Shown here piece after piece: positions 38,934-48,940 of a DNA stretch of 64,000 nucleotides. A model generated the notes under the pieces. It did no database searches. It was given only the letters and a program-made list of their open reading frames with translations, and was not told the origin of the DNA. The translations under genes and the position numbers were made by a program. The stretch is from Escherichia phage FL33. Numbering within the stretch: position 1 is the first letter of the stretch; every line of letters starts with the position of its first letter. Location of the stretch: sequence record PP400788; one strand, written 5' to 3'.

Positions 38934-40499
38934 ATGACTATCAAAACTAAAGCTGAACTTTTAAACAAATGGAAGCCATTACTGGAAGGTGAAGGTTTAC
39001 CGGAAATTGCTAATAGCAAACAAGCGATTATCGCTAAAATCTTTGAAAACCAGGAAAAAGATTTCCAGACAGCTCCAGAATATAAAGACGAAAAAATTGC
39101 TCAGGCATTTGGTTCTTTCTTAACAGAAGCTGAAATCGGTGGTGACCACGGTTACAATGCTACCAACATCGCTGCAGGTCAGACTTCTGGCGCAGTAACT
39201 CAGATTGGCCCAGCTGTTATGGGTATGGTACGTCGTGCTATTCCTAACCTGATTGCTTTCGATATTTGTGGTGTTCAGCCGATGAACAGCCCAACCGGTC
39301 AGGTATTCGCACTCCGCGCGGTATATGGTAAAGATCCGATCGCTGCCGGTGCTAAAGAAGCATTCCACCCAATGTATGGTCCAGATGCAATGTTCTCTGG
39401 TCAGGGTGCTGCTAAGAAATTCCCAGCTCTGGCTGCTAGCACAGAAACCACAGTAGGTGATATCTATACTCACTTCTTCCAGGACACTGGTACTGTGTAT
39501 CTGCAAGCTTCTGCTCAAGTAACAATTAGTGCAAGCGCAACTGATGCAGATAAATTAGATGCTGAAATTAAGAAACAAATGGAAGCTGGTGCACTGGTAG
39601 AAATCGCTGAAGGTATGGCTACTTCTATCGCTGAACTCCAGGAAGGTTTCAACGGTTCTACCGATAACCCATGGAATGAAATGGGCTTCCGTATCGATAA
39701 ACAAGTTATCGAAGCTAAATCTCGCCAGCTGAAAGCTGCTTACTCTATCGAATTAGCACAAGACCTCCGCGCTGTTCACGGTATGGATGCTGACGCTGAA
39801 CTGTCTGGTATTCTGGCTACAGAAATTATGCTGGAAATCAACCGTGAAGTTGTTGATTGGATTAACTACTCAGCTCAGGTTGGTAAATCTGGTATGACTC
39901 TGACTCCGGGTTCTAAAGCTGGTGTATTTGACTTCCAGGACCCAATCGATATTCGTGGTGCTCGCTGGGCGGGTGAATCCTTTAAAGCTCTGTTGTTCCA
40001 GATTGACAAAGAAGCAGTTGAAATTGCTCGTCAAACCGGTCGCGGCGAAGGTAACTTCATTATCGCTTCTCGTAACGTAGTTAACGTACTGGCTTCTGTT
40101 GATACTGGCATTTCTTATGCTGCTCAAGGTTTGGCAACCGGTTTTAATACTGATACTACTAAGTCAGTATTTGCAGGTGTTCTGGGTGGTAAATACCGTG
40201 TATATATCGACCAGTATGCTAAACAGGATTATTTCACTGTAGGTTATAAAGGTCCGAACGAAATGGATGCTGGTATTTACTATGCTCCATATGTAGCTCT
40301 GACTCCGCTGCGTGGTTCCGATCCGAAGAACTTCCAACCAGTAATGGGATTCAAAACTCGTTACGGTATCGGTATCAACCCATTTGCAGAATCCGCTGCT
40401 CAGGCTCCGGCTTCTCGCATTCAGAGTGGTATGCCTTCTATCCTGAATAGCCTTGGTAAAAACGCTTACTTTAGACGTGTATATGTTAAAGGTATCTAA
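38934..40499 (+). CDS. 23: Major capsid protein gp23
   Basis: 521 aa; N-terminal propeptide with LxE sites; size and position as T4 gp23. Confidence 0.97.
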   Translation: MTIKTKAELLNKWKPLLEGEGLPEIANSKQAIIAKIFENQEKDFQTAPEYKDEKIAQAFGSFLTEAEIGGDHGYNATNIAAGQTSGAVTQIGPAVMGMVRRAIPNLIAFDICGVQPMNSPTGQVFALRAVYGKDPIAAGAKEAFHPMYGPDAMFSGQGAAKKFPALAASTETTVGDIYTHFFQDTGTVYLQASAQVTISASATDADKLDAEIKKQMEAGALVEIAEGMATSIAELQEGFNGSTDNPWNEMGFRIDKQVIEAKSRQLKAAYSIELAQDLRAVHGMDADAELSGILATEIMLEINREVVDWINYSAQVGKSGMTLTPGSKAGVFDFQDPIDIRGARWAGESFKALLFQIDKEAVEIARQTGRGEGNFIIASRNVVNVLASVDTGISYAAQGLATGFNTDTTKSVFAGVLGGKYRVYIDQYAKQDYFTVGYKGPNEMDAGIYYAPYVALTPLRGSDPKNFQPVMGFKTRYGIGINPFAESAAQAPASRIQSGMPSILNSLGKNAYFRRVYVKGI

Positions 40500-40525
40500 T
40501 CTCTAACGATAGAAACACAATTTTA

Positions 40526-40550
40526 GGGAACCTTCGGGTTCCCTTTTTCT
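40526..40550 (+). terminator. Rho-independent terminator after gene 23
   Basis: GGGAACCTTCGGGTTCCC hairpin followed by TTTTTCTATTTT. Confidence 0.8.
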
Positions 40551-41211
40551 ATTTTATACGATAGCAATCAGGCATATCATCCGCATTTATCCAATTGCGA
40601 ATAGTTTTAGGACTAACTTTAAAATGCTCCGCTGCGTAATCAGGATTATCAAATTTAACGCCCTTTATACATATTGGAATAAATTTTTTAATACCACCAA
40701 GTTTTTCAGAAATAGCTTTACGATGTGAAATCGATATAGGTTTATTTTTTCGTGGATGAACATGTGTTTTATAGTATTCATTGCGCCCTTTAACTCGCTT
40801 CGCAATAGTTTCATCAGATTGCTTAACGCCTGTTTTTGCCTTTGATATTTTTCGTTTAGCTTCCACAGTCATTCCTTCTTTTGTTCGTATTGATAACATA
40901 TTACGATATGAAGGATCTTGCAAATGAACTATAACTGGATTTCCTCTGCCACCAATAGCAGCATTATAGGTATCAGTTCTCATAACGAATTCCTCATTGA
41001 CTAGTAAAGCTTCCATTTTATACATCTCCTCAGATGAGGAGAAAGAATAAAGAATTTCTTTTTTAAAGTTATGAATACCATATTTTTTGATGGATTTTTT
41101 GATGTTTACTCCAGAACCCATATAACCATCGTTTTTGTCAAGAGTAGCATGAGCTCCGATGTAAATTTTTCCATTGATGATATTAGTAATTTGATATATT
41201 AAATATTTCAT
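40549..41211 (-). CDS. segD: GIY-YIG homing endonuclease SegD
   Basis: GIY-YIG motif YLIYQITNIINGKIYIGAH near N-terminus; start taken at ATG 41211 (MKYLIYQ, GGAG upstream); alternative in-frame starts at 41220 and 41250; sits between 23 and 24 as in T4. Confidence 0.8.
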   Translation of the reverse strand: MKYLIYQITNIINGKIYIGAHATLDKNDGYMGSGVNIKKSIKKYGIHNFKKEILYSFSSSEEMYKMEALLVNEEFVMRTDTYNAAIGGRGNPVIVHLQDPSYRNMLSIRTKEGMTVEAKRKISKAKTGVKQSDETIAKRVKGRNEYYKTHVHPRKNKPISISHRKAISEKLGGIKKFIPICIKGVKFDNPDYAAEHFKVSPKTIRNWINADDMPDCYRIK

Positions 41212-41275
41212 TTTAAACATCGCTCCGTTTGTATATGAATATAATATCATATTACTTTGGTCTTGTAAATAACTT

Positions 41276-41283
41276 TATAAATA
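41276..41283 (+). promoter_or_regulatory. T4-type late promoter TATAAATA for gene 24
   Basis: TATAAATA 28 nt upstream of gene 24 ATG. Confidence 0.65.
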
Positions 41284-41310
41284 GTATTATATTTCAACAA
41301 GGAAAATACA

Positions 41311-42594
41311 ATGGCTAAAATCAACGAACTTCTGCGCGAATCAACCACAACGAATAGCAACTCAATCGGTCGCCCAAATCTCGTTGCTTTGACTCGCGCT
41401 ACCACTAAATTAATATATTCTGACATTGTAGCAACGCAAAGAACTAATCAACCTGTTGCTGCTTTTTATGGTATCAAATACCTTAACCCAGACAATGAAT
41501 TTACATTTAAAACTGGTGCTACTTACGCTGGTGAAGCCGGATATGTAGACCGAGAACAAATCACAGAATTAACAGAAGAGTCTAAATTAACTCTCAATAA
41601 AGGCGATTTATTCAAATATAATAATATCGTTTATAAAGTATTAGAAGATACTCCATTTGCTGATATTGAAGAAAGCGACTTAGAGTTAGCTCTTCAGATT
41701 GCAATTGTTCTTTTAAAGGTTCGTCTATTTTCTGACGCAGCGTCAACAAGCAAATTTGAAAGCTCTGATAGTGAAATTGCGGATGCTAGATTCCAGATTA
41801 ATAAATGGCAAACCGCGGTTAAATCTCGTAAACTTAAAACTGGCATCACAGTTGAATTAGCGCAAGATTTAGAAGCAAATGGATTCGATGCTCCTAATTT
41901 CTTGGAAGATTTGCTTGCAACTGAAATGGCAGATGAAATCAATAAAGATATTCTGCAGTCTTTGATTACAGTGTCAAAACGCTATAAAGTTACAGGAATT
42001 ACTGATAGTGGATTCATCGATTTGAGTTATGCATCTGCACCTGAAGCGGGTCGTTCATTATATCGAATGGTATGTGAAATGGTTTCGCATATCCAAAAAG
42101 AATCAACTTATACAGCAACGTTCTGTGTTGCTTCAGCTCGTGCCGCTGCGATTCTTGCTGCATCAGGTTGGTTAAAACATAAACCAGAAGATGACAAATA
42201 TCTTTCACAAAATGCCTACGGGTTCTTAGCTAATGGTTTACCACTTTATTGTGATACTAACAGCCCATTAGATTATGTAATCGTTGGCGTAGTAGAAAAT
42301 ATCGGTGAAAAAGAAATTGTTGGATCAATTTTCTATGCTCCGTATACAGAAGGTCTCGACTTAGATGACCCTGAACATGTAGGTGCATTTAAAGTTGTTG
42401 TTGATCCAGAAAGCTTACAACCGTCTATCGGTTTATTAGTTAGATATGCTTTATCAGCAAATCCTTATACCGTAGCAAAAGATGAAAAAGAAGCAAGAGT
42501 AATTGATGGTGGAGACATGGATAAAATGGCGGGTCGTTCAGATTTGTCTGTTTTATTAGGTGTTAAATTACCAAAAATTATTATTGATGAATAA
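41311..42594 (+). CDS. 24: Capsid vertex protein gp24
   Basis: 427 aa; paralogous in architecture to gp23. Confidence 0.95.
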   Translation: MAKINELLRESTTTNSNSIGRPNLVALTRATTKLIYSDIVATQRTNQPVAAFYGIKYLNPDNEFTFKTGATYAGEAGYVDREQITELTEESKLTLNKGDLFKYNNIVYKVLEDTPFADIEESDLELALQIAIVLLKVRLFSDAASTSKFESSDSEIADARFQINKWQTAVKSRKLKTGITVELAQDLEANGFDAPNFLEDLLATEMADEINKDILQSLITVSKRYKVTGITDSGFIDLSYASAPEAGRSLYRMVCEMVSHIQKESTYTATFCVASARAAAILAASGWLKHKPEDDKYLSQNAYGFLANGLPLYCDTNSPLDYVIVGVVENIGEKEIVGSIFYAPYTEGLDLDDPEHVGAFKVVVDPESLQPSIGLLVRYALSANPYTVAKDEKEARVIDGGDMDKMAGRSDLSVLLGVKLPKIIIDE

Positions 42595-42597
42595 AAC

Positions 42598-42622
42598 AAA
42601 GGGACCGAAAGGTCCCTTTTTA
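42598..42622. terminator. Bidirectional rho-independent terminator between gene 24 and rnlB
   Basis: AAAACAAA-GGGACCGAAAGGTCCC-TTTTTATTT; A-run and T-run flank a perfect hairpin. Confidence 0.8.
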
Positions 42623-42623
42623 T

Positions 42624-43631
42624 TTAGCTCACCAACTCAATCCAATATGGACGAAGTACATCTTGTACCATTTTAACTAATTCCTTTTTAATCAAAGAAG
42701 GATTATCTGCTTGAGTTAGAGTAATACCTTCACGAGAAGTTTCTTCCAAAATATCTTGAACAGTTAGCCCCATCACCTTTCCAAAATCCTTTGGACCAAT
42801 TTCGCCAATTTTAGAAATAACGTTATTTACGCGGTTTAGTGTAACGTAACAAGCTAAAATTCCAACCAATTTGTTATCAGCTTCTGATAGCTCAACTTTA
42901 GCTTTAATAGGCTTATCAGACTTTTTCTTTTCACTAAATTTAGAGTTCTTGCATTTAATCGCTACACGAGCACCGTTTGGCAGCCATTTAGGGAAACAAG
43001 GCTTCAGAACATAACCTTCTGCAGTATTATCACCAATAACATTAGCATCAAATACACAATTATTTGCTTCGACAAGGTCTTCCGATGCCGTAGCGTTATA
43101 AGCGGCTAAGACGGAATCAAGGTCGTTTGGAATCATGATAAGAGCATCAAATGTTCCACGTCCAAGCATTGGTGCCATTTTAAAACCAAACGTATTACAG
43201 AAATCTTGCATTTCGTAATCACTCATGTAATAAGTATCACCGCTTTCCGTGTTTATGATGATATCGAATACATAGAAATCTTTTTCACCGTAGTCAACAC
43301 CTTTCTGAATTCCACCACCAGCGAATTCACCAAAGACTTGATATGTCACCGGCACTGAAGTTGAAATACTGTCCATGACTTCTTGAACGCCTTTAATAGC
43401 TTTATCATACTTTTTGAGTACTATTTCATAGCCATAAAAATCTTCTGCTGGAAGAATAGGGCCAGTACGTTTAGCGCAAGTTACTTTATCACGCTCAATA
43501 ATCAATGAGAAATTTGTGCCGTGAATTTTTTCACGAGCTACCCACTCCCCACCAATCAATCCCAAGCTATAAAGTTTTTCAATAAATTTAGAGTTGTAAT
43601 GATTTTCAAGACTGCTATACTTTTTAAACAT
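42624..43631 (-). CDS. rnlB: RNA ligase 2
   Basis: 335 aa; nucleotidyltransferase motif I KIHGTNF; matches T4 Rnl2 N-terminus [20 protein letters not shown] from memory. Confidence 0.9.
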   Translation of the reverse strand: MFKKYSSLENHYNSKFIEKLYSLGLIGGEWVAREKIHGTNFSLIIERDKVTCAKRTGPILPAEDFYGYEIVLKKYDKAIKGVQEVMDSISTSVPVTYQVFGEFAGGGIQKGVDYGEKDFYVFDIIINTESGDTYYMSDYEMQDFCNTFGFKMAPMLGRGTFDALIMIPNDLDSVLAAYNATASEDLVEANNCVFDANVIGDNTAEGYVLKPCFPKWLPNGARVAIKCKNSKFSEKKKSDKPIKAKVELSEADNKLVGILACYVTLNRVNNVISKIGEIGPKDFGKVMGLTVQDILEETSREGITLTQADNPSLIKKELVKMVQDVLRPYWIELVS

Positions 43632-43640
43632 AATTAATCC

Positions 43641-43919
43641 TCAAAATGTAATTTCTAACCAATCACCATCACGCTGATCACTATTAACTTTAAAGCTGAA
43701 TCCTTCTTTTCTCAGCCAATCACCAATTTCTTCAGTAATCAATTTATCACGAGCAATACAATAATAACTAAAATGCGTTTTACCTTGTTCAGCTGCTTTA
43801 TTAGCAAGTTCCGAAAAATCTTTAATAAAACACTCTAGCTTAAACTGTTTACTTTTGAATGCTTTTTCGCGTAATTGATTAGCAAAAGATTCATTTTCAT
43901 AAAGATCATACTGTTCCAT
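43641..43919 (-). CDS. 24.2: Hypothetical protein (24.2 position)
   Basis: 92 aa minus-strand ORF between rnlB and hoc; name by synteny. Confidence 0.6.
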   Translation of the reverse strand: MEQYDLYENESFANQLREKAFKSKQFKLECFIKDFSELANKAAEQGKTHFSYYCIARDKLITEEIGDWLRKEGFSFKVNSDQRDGDWLEITF

Positions 43920-44121
43920 TTTTCACCTTTTTATTGATATGTCTTTTTCTATAGACAACTTTTTCTCGAGTTTCAAATTTATTCTTAGCAGTCATAGCTC
44001 GAGCCCATAATACAGCCACTTCTTTTGCCTGTAAGTTTAATTCACGAGCAATTTCAATGAATGACTTTCCAGACTCATGGAGTGTAAACACCACAACCTC
44101 AGTTCTCATAATCAATCTCAT
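43906..44121 (-). CDS. 24.3: Hypothetical protein (24.3 position)
   Basis: 71 aa minus-strand ORF; name by synteny. Confidence 0.55.
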   Translation of the reverse strand: MRLIMRTEVVVFTLHESGKSFIEIARELNLQAKEVAVLWARAMTAKNKFETREKVVYRKRHINKKVKNGTV

Positions 44122-44189
44122 GTTATCGAGTTGGTGCCATTATATACATCGTTTTCTGATTGTGTTTTGTGTGCTTTCAAAATGAAGAA

Positions 44190-44205
44190 AGGGGCCGAAG
44201 CCCCT
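44190..44205 (-). terminator. Terminator hairpin downstream of hoc
   Basis: AGGGGCTTCGGCCCCT on minus strand followed by TTTCTTCATTTT. Confidence 0.6.
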
Positions 44206-44209
44206 GAGA

Positions 44210-45340
44210 TTATGGATAGGTATAGATGATACCAGTTTCTAAAGCAGTTTTATGAATGATGTATCCATTACGCGATTCTTGAACATCAACTTCTGGATAG
44301 TCTTTCATCATCTTCTGAAGAGTGTAACGATGCAAGTAGTACTTACTATCTGGATCGTCAGTTTTCCAATCTTTACCTTCTTCAGTCATTTTTTGGATTT
44401 CATCCATAACCCACCAACCGCACCAGATATAAGCTGAAGTACGATGTGGAAGAGGATGAACATAAGGCAATTCACCTTCTGGTTCCGGAGCAACTTTATC
44501 AGTTACCTGAACTTGACCAGTCGCTTTAACTGTTTTACTATCATAGTCAGTTGCTGTAACGACAGCAGTAACTTCAATAGTTTGGCTTCCAATAGATGAG
44601 GTATCAACAGTATATACGTTAGTTGACCCTTCTACAGGAGAAGAATCTTTCTTCCATGAATACGTAATTTGTGCTTCTTCCGGAGCATCCGTAACATTAG
44701 CGGTAAATGTAGCCGAAGCATCTTGCTGAACATTAATAGAAGGAGGAGTCAATGTAACCTGTGGATTCATTGTCTTCTTATTAACTGTCAATGATACTTC
44801 ATTAGAAGTAACTTCCTTTTCATTGTAATTTTCAGCAGTTACTTGGGCTACGCATTTAATTCTTTTTACTCCACTTGTAGTTGGAGTATAGCTAAATGTA
44901 GAGTTAGTTTCTCCACCAACTTGTGAATCATCTACATACCACTGATACGTAGCAGACGCTCCATCAGGTTGAGAAGCTAAGGCAGCAGTAAATTGAACTG
45001 GGGCTCCGATTACTCCAGCGTCAGGGCTATTAGGAGTTACAGCTAAGGTGGTCGTTTGTGTCTTATTTTGAACTGTGATAGTTGTAGTAGCTTCTGCTGT
45101 TTCAGCATCAGTATCTGGAACTGTATTTGTTGCAACTACTTTAATAGTCTTTTGTCCAGCAGGTCCTTTTAATACATAATCAAAAGTTGCTTCAGCTCCA
45201 TCTTGTGGAGCATCATCTACAGTCCAAGCATATGTAATAGTTCCGCCTTCAGTTTCACCACTGGGTGTAGCAGTAAACTGCTTAGTTTCATCAATAACCC
45301 CTGTCGGTGTTTTAGGAGTTATATCAACTGTAAAAGTCAT
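44210..45340 (-). CDS. hoc: Highly immunogenic outer capsid protein Hoc
   Basis: 376 aa with repeated Ig-like T/V-rich domains (VTxNxxS..Y.W motifs) and conserved C-terminal capsid-binding region. Confidence 0.9.
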   Translation of the reverse strand: MTFTVDITPKTPTGVIDETKQFTATPSGETEGGTITYAWTVDDAPQDGAEATFDYVLKGPAGQKTIKVVATNTVPDTDAETAEATTTITVQNKTQTTTLAVTPNSPDAGVIGAPVQFTAALASQPDGASATYQWYVDDSQVGGETNSTFSYTPTTSGVKRIKCVAQVTAENYNEKEVTSNEVSLTVNKKTMNPQVTLTPPSINVQQDASATFTANVTDAPEEAQITYSWKKDSSPVEGSTNVYTVDTSSIGSQTIEVTAVVTATDYDSKTVKATGQVQVTDKVAPEPEGELPYVHPLPHRTSAYIWCGWWVMDEIQKMTEEGKDWKTDDPDSKYYLHRYTLQKMMKDYPEVDVQESRNGYIIHKTALETGIIYTYP

Positions 45341-45349
45341 AAGTTATCC

Positions 45350-46030
45350 TTATTTTAATGTTACGAAAGAAGAGTTGCGTGTTTCACGAATTAAAACTGA
45401 TCCGTCACGGTTAATGTAATAAATTAAGCTAAATAAAGTTTGGTGTGCTGACGCATGTTCAAAACTAGTTGGGTGAGATTTCCAATCAGGAGTTTCAGCA
45501 ATCCATTGATAAATCCACCAAGGAACAGTACAGAATCCTGGATTTTTTCCAATCAACTGAAGATTCGGGCTAAAGTTTTCCGGAAGAGTAAATACAGACG
45601 GCTTTTCAGATTCAATAATCTCAGCTACAGCCTGTTCAAATTTTTCTTCAACAAATGGAGTATCTTCAATCAAAACATCGGTATTTTCAGGAATTTTATC
45701 TGTTTCTACTACTTCAATTTTAATGTCAGATTTAACCGGAGAATCAATCAAAAGTGCTGCTTCTGGATTGACTTCTTCATCGTCATATTTTAACCCCTCT
45801 GCGGCATCAGCAGCATCAATTAAGTCTTTAATAGATAACCCATCAGTCTCCGGCATAGGTTCACTAGCGAGCTTCTGGAGGGCTTCTTCAATATCAACAA
45901 CGATATTATCAAAAGATTTATTCTTTTTGACCTTTATACCAAACTGTTCAGCATATTCAGCTAATTTAGCTTTAGCTTCTTTATTATCATCAAGAGCCTT
46001 CAGCTCTGCAATATAATCTTTATCTATCAT
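45350..46030 (-). CDS. inh: Inhibitor of prohead protease
   Basis: 226 aa acidic protein; size and position as T4 inh. Confidence 0.8.
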   Translation of the reverse strand: MIDKDYIAELKALDDNKEAKAKLAEYAEQFGIKVKKNKSFDNIVVDIEEALQKLASEPMPETDGLSIKDLIDAADAAEGLKYDDEEVNPEAALLIDSPVKSDIKIEVVETDKIPENTDVLIEDTPFVEEKFEQAVAEIIESEKPSVFTLPENFSPNLQLIGKNPGFCTVPWWIYQWIAETPDWKSHPTSFEHASAHQTLFSLIYYINRDGSVLIRETRNSSFVTLK

Positions 46031-46079
46031 AATATTTCCTCAGTATAAATATAGATATATTTATTACTCGGAAAATAGT

Positions 46080-46697
46080 ATGTACCACTTTGTATATGAA
46101 ACAACAAATCTAATAAACGGTAAAAAGTATATAGGAAAACACTCTACTGATGACTTGAATGATGGTTACCTTGGTTTCGGTAAGGCAATTCAGCAGGCTA
46201 TAAAGAAATATGGTGAAAACAATTTCTCTAGAACAATACTAAAAGAGTTTAAAACTTCCGAAGAAGCGTACATGTATGAAGAAGAAATTATAACTCCTGA
46301 AATAATAAAAAGCAAAAATTATTATAATATGAAACCTGGTGGAATTGGTGGAATTGTTATGACTACAGAGGTTATAGCAAAGATGAAAGAATCTTCCGCT
46401 AAGAGATTTGAAAACTCACCGGGCACGGTATTAGGTACAACTTGTTACACTAATGGAACTAAAAATATTTTTATTAAACCTGGAGAACTTGTTCCAGAAG
46501 GATTTGTAAAAGGAATGGTTCATCCTAATAGAAAGTCCAGAAAAGGATGTAAAGTCAAACCGACTACCACAGGAACTTTTTGGGTCAATAACGGTGCAAT
46601 AAATAAATTAATACAACCAGACGGTATTATTCCCGACGGATTTATTAAAGGTCGTCTCATGAAAAGAGATTCTAAAGGCAAATTTAGTAAGGCATAA
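46080..46697 (+). CDS. segE: GIY-YIG homing endonuclease SegE
   Basis: 205 aa; GIY-YIG motif HFVYETTNLINGKKYIGKH; position upstream of uvsW as in T4. Confidence 0.85.
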   Translation: MYHFVYETTNLINGKKYIGKHSTDDLNDGYLGFGKAIQQAIKKYGENNFSRTILKEFKTSEEAYMYEEEIITPEIIKSKNYYNMKPGGIGGIVMTTEVIAKMKESSAKRFENSPGTVLGTTCYTNGTKNIFIKPGELVPEGFVKGMVHPNRKSRKGCKVKPTTTGTFWVNNGAINKLIQPDGIIPDGFIKGRLMKRDSKGKFSKA

Positions 46698-46699
46698 TT

Positions 46700-48208
46700 A
46701 TGGATATTAAAGTACATTTTCACGACTTCAGCCATGTACGCATCGATTGTGAAGAGAGCACGTTCCACGAATTAAGAGATTTCTTTTCGTTTGAGGCCGA
46801 TGGATATAGGTTTAATCCTCGCTTCAGATATGGCAACTGGGATGGACGAATCCGTCTATTAGATTATAATCGCCTTCTTCCATTCGGCTTAGTTGGGCAA
46901 ATTAAAAAGTTCTGCGATAACTTTGGCTATAAAGCCTGGATTGACCCTCAAATTAATGAAAAAGAAGAATTATCAAGAAAAGATTTTGATGAATGGCTTT
47001 CTAAATTAGAAATCTATTCAGGAAATAAAAGAATTGAACCACACTGGTATCAAAAAGATGCAGTGTTCGAAGGATTAGTTAATCGTCGCAGAATTCTTAA
47101 TCTTCCAACATCCGCAGGTAAATCTTTAATTCAAGCTTTGCTTGCACGTTATTATTTGGAAAATTATGAAGGTAAAATTCTTATCATTGTTCCAACAACT
47201 GCTCTGACAACTCAGATGGCTGATGACTTTGTTGACTATCGTTTATTCAGTCATGCAATGATAAAGAAAATTGGTGGCGGAGCATCAAAAGATGATAAAT
47301 ATAAAAATGATGCACCAGTCGTTGTTGGTACATGGCAAACTGTAGTAAAACAACCGAAAGAATGGTTCTCACAGTTTGGAATGATGATGAATGATGAATG
47401 TCATCTTGCTACAGGAAAAAGTATTTCATCTATCATATCAGGTTTAAATAACTGCATGTTCAAATTTGGTTTGTCTGGTTCATTACGTGATGGCAAAGCC
47501 AATATCATGCAGTATGTTGGAATGTTTGGTGAAATATTTAAGCCAGTAACGACTTCTAAATTAATGGAAGATGGACAAGTAACTGAGCTAAAAATTAATA
47601 GTATTTTTCTTCGCTATCCCGATGAGTTCACTACTAAATTAAAGGGAAAAACTTATCAAGAAGAAATAAAAATTATTACTGGGCTTAGTAAAAGAAATAA
47701 ATGGATCGCTAAATTAGCTATTAAGCTTGCGCAAAAAGATGAAAACGCTTTTGTCATGTTTAAACATGTATCACATGGTAAAGCTATTTTCGATTTAATT
47801 AAAAATGAATACGATAAAGTTTATTACGTATCAGGGGAAGTTGATACCGAAACCCGCAATATAATGAAAACCTTAGCTGAAAACGGTAAAGGAATAATTA
47901 TAGTAGCTAGTTATGGTGTATTTTCTACTGGTATTTCAGTTAAAAATCTGCATCACGTTGTTTTAGCGCATGGTGTTAAATCTAAAATTATTGTATTGCA
48001 AACAATAGGTCGTGTATTACGTAAGCATGGTTCTAAAACAATCGCAACGGTCTGGGACCTCATAGATGATTGTGGTGTTAAGCCAAAATCTGCTAATACG
48101 AAAAAGAAATACGTTCATTTGAACTATCTTTTAAAACACGGCATTGATCGTATTCAGCGCTACGCAGATGAAAAATTTAATTACGTAATGAAAACAGTTA
48201 ATTTATAA
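46700..48208 (+). CDS. uvsW: UvsW DNA/RNA helicase (SF2)
   Basis: 502 aa; Walker A LPTSAGKS, DECH box (MMMNDECHLATG). Confidence 0.95.
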   Translation: MDIKVHFHDFSHVRIDCEESTFHELRDFFSFEADGYRFNPRFRYGNWDGRIRLLDYNRLLPFGLVGQIKKFCDNFGYKAWIDPQINEKEELSRKDFDEWLSKLEIYSGNKRIEPHWYQKDAVFEGLVNRRRILNLPTSAGKSLIQALLARYYLENYEGKILIIVPTTALTTQMADDFVDYRLFSHAMIKKIGGGASKDDKYKNDAPVVVGTWQTVVKQPKEWFSQFGMMMNDECHLATGKSISSIISGLNNCMFKFGLSGSLRDGKANIMQYVGMFGEIFKPVTTSKLMEDGQVTELKINSIFLRYPDEFTTKLKGKTYQEEIKIITGLSKRNKWIAKLAIKLAQKDENAFVMFKHVSHGKAIFDLIKNEYDKVYYVSGEVDTETRNIMKTLAENGKGIIIVASYGVFSTGISVKNLHHVVLAHGVKSKIIVLQTIGRVLRKHGSKTIATVWDLIDDCGVKPKSANTKKKYVHLNYLLKHGIDRIQRYADEKFNYVMKTVNL

Positions 48209-48223
48209 GGGCTTCGGCCCTTT
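48206..48223 (+). other. Stem-loop after uvsW (AAGGGCTTCGGCCCTT)
   Basis: Perfect GC hairpin overlapping uvsW stop; weak T-run. Confidence 0.4.
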
Positions 48224-48233
48224 GGAGAAAAAG

Positions 48234-48464
48234 ATGTTACTAGAATTTAAACAATTTCTTTATGAAGCTTCTATTGATGAATTTATGGGTAAAATTGCAT
48301 CATGCCAAACATTAGAAGGTCTAGAAGAACTTGAAGCTTATTATAAGAAAAGAGTTAAAGAAACTGAATTAAAAGATACTGATGACATCTCTGTGAGAGA
48401 TGCTTTGGCAGGAAAAAGAGCTGAATTAGAAGATTCAGACGATGAAGTAGAAGAAAGCTTTTAA
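48234..48464 (+). CDS. uvsW.1: UvsW.1 small acidic protein
   Basis: Start at ATG 48234 (MLLEFKQFLYEA..., GGAG SD) giving 76 aa; track start 48222 is TTG. Confidence 0.7.
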   Translation: MLLEFKQFLYEASIDEFMGKIASCQTLEGLEELEAYYKKRVKETELKDTDDISVRDALAGKRAELEDSDDEVEESF

Positions 48465-48519
48465 ATTAAAAAAGGCCCAACCAAAAAGGAAGGGCCAAAA
48501 CTATAGACTAAAGGTCACA

Positions 48520-48687
48520 CTATAGCAAAAGTTGTGTTTCATTTAATTGTTCTTCCGAACTTTCTGAAACTGGTAGTTCTTTAATGTAATTATAGCAAGG
48601 CCCAGGATGTACAGGACCTTTGTCTGTTTCAACAACCAATGCAGAATCGATTGGAGTTTTACAGACAACACAAATCTTATCTGACAT
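48520..48687 (-). CDS. Small Cys-containing protein (55 aa), uvsY.-2 position, below ORF-track cutoff
   Basis: ATG at 48687 with AGAGGAGACAATC SD; translation MSDKICVVCKTPIDSALVVETDKGPVHPGPCYNYIKELPVSESSEEQLNETQLLL; CxxC...H...C spacing suggests a zinc-ribbon. Confidence 0.5.
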   Translation of the reverse strand: MSDKICVVCKTPIDSALVVETDKGPVHPGPCYNYIKELPVSESSEEQLNETQLLL

Positions 48688-48715
48688 GATTGTCTCCTCT
48701 GAATTATATATCTAT

Positions 48716-48940
48716 TTATACAACTCTCATATGCATATCAATGCCCATATCTTTAGAATAAAAATATTCATCAAGATATCCGGCAAATTTTCCTTTAATA
48801 TAAAGGACATCTTCACCACACGGGTGGTCGGTCAGGATACGAATATCCTGACGCTTAAGATTATGCTTTTTCATTAAGAATTGAATTTCCGTTTCAAATT
48901 CTTCTTCATAATTAAAAGCATCATCAATGCTATATCTCAT
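48716..48940 (-). CDS. uvsY.-1: Hypothetical protein (uvsY.-1 position)
   Basis: 74 aa; immediately downstream of uvsY with TAATG-type junction. Confidence 0.6.
   Translation of the reverse strand: MRYSIDDAFNYEEEFETEIQFLMKKHNLKRQDIRILTDHPCGEDVLYIKGKFAGYLDEYFYSKDMGIDMHMRVV

Noticed and set aside
48620-48877. Plus-strand 85-aa ORF
   Set aside because: Antisense to the uvsY.-1 coding region, no SD, low-complexity Ile/Phe-rich translation typical of AT-rich antisense frames.
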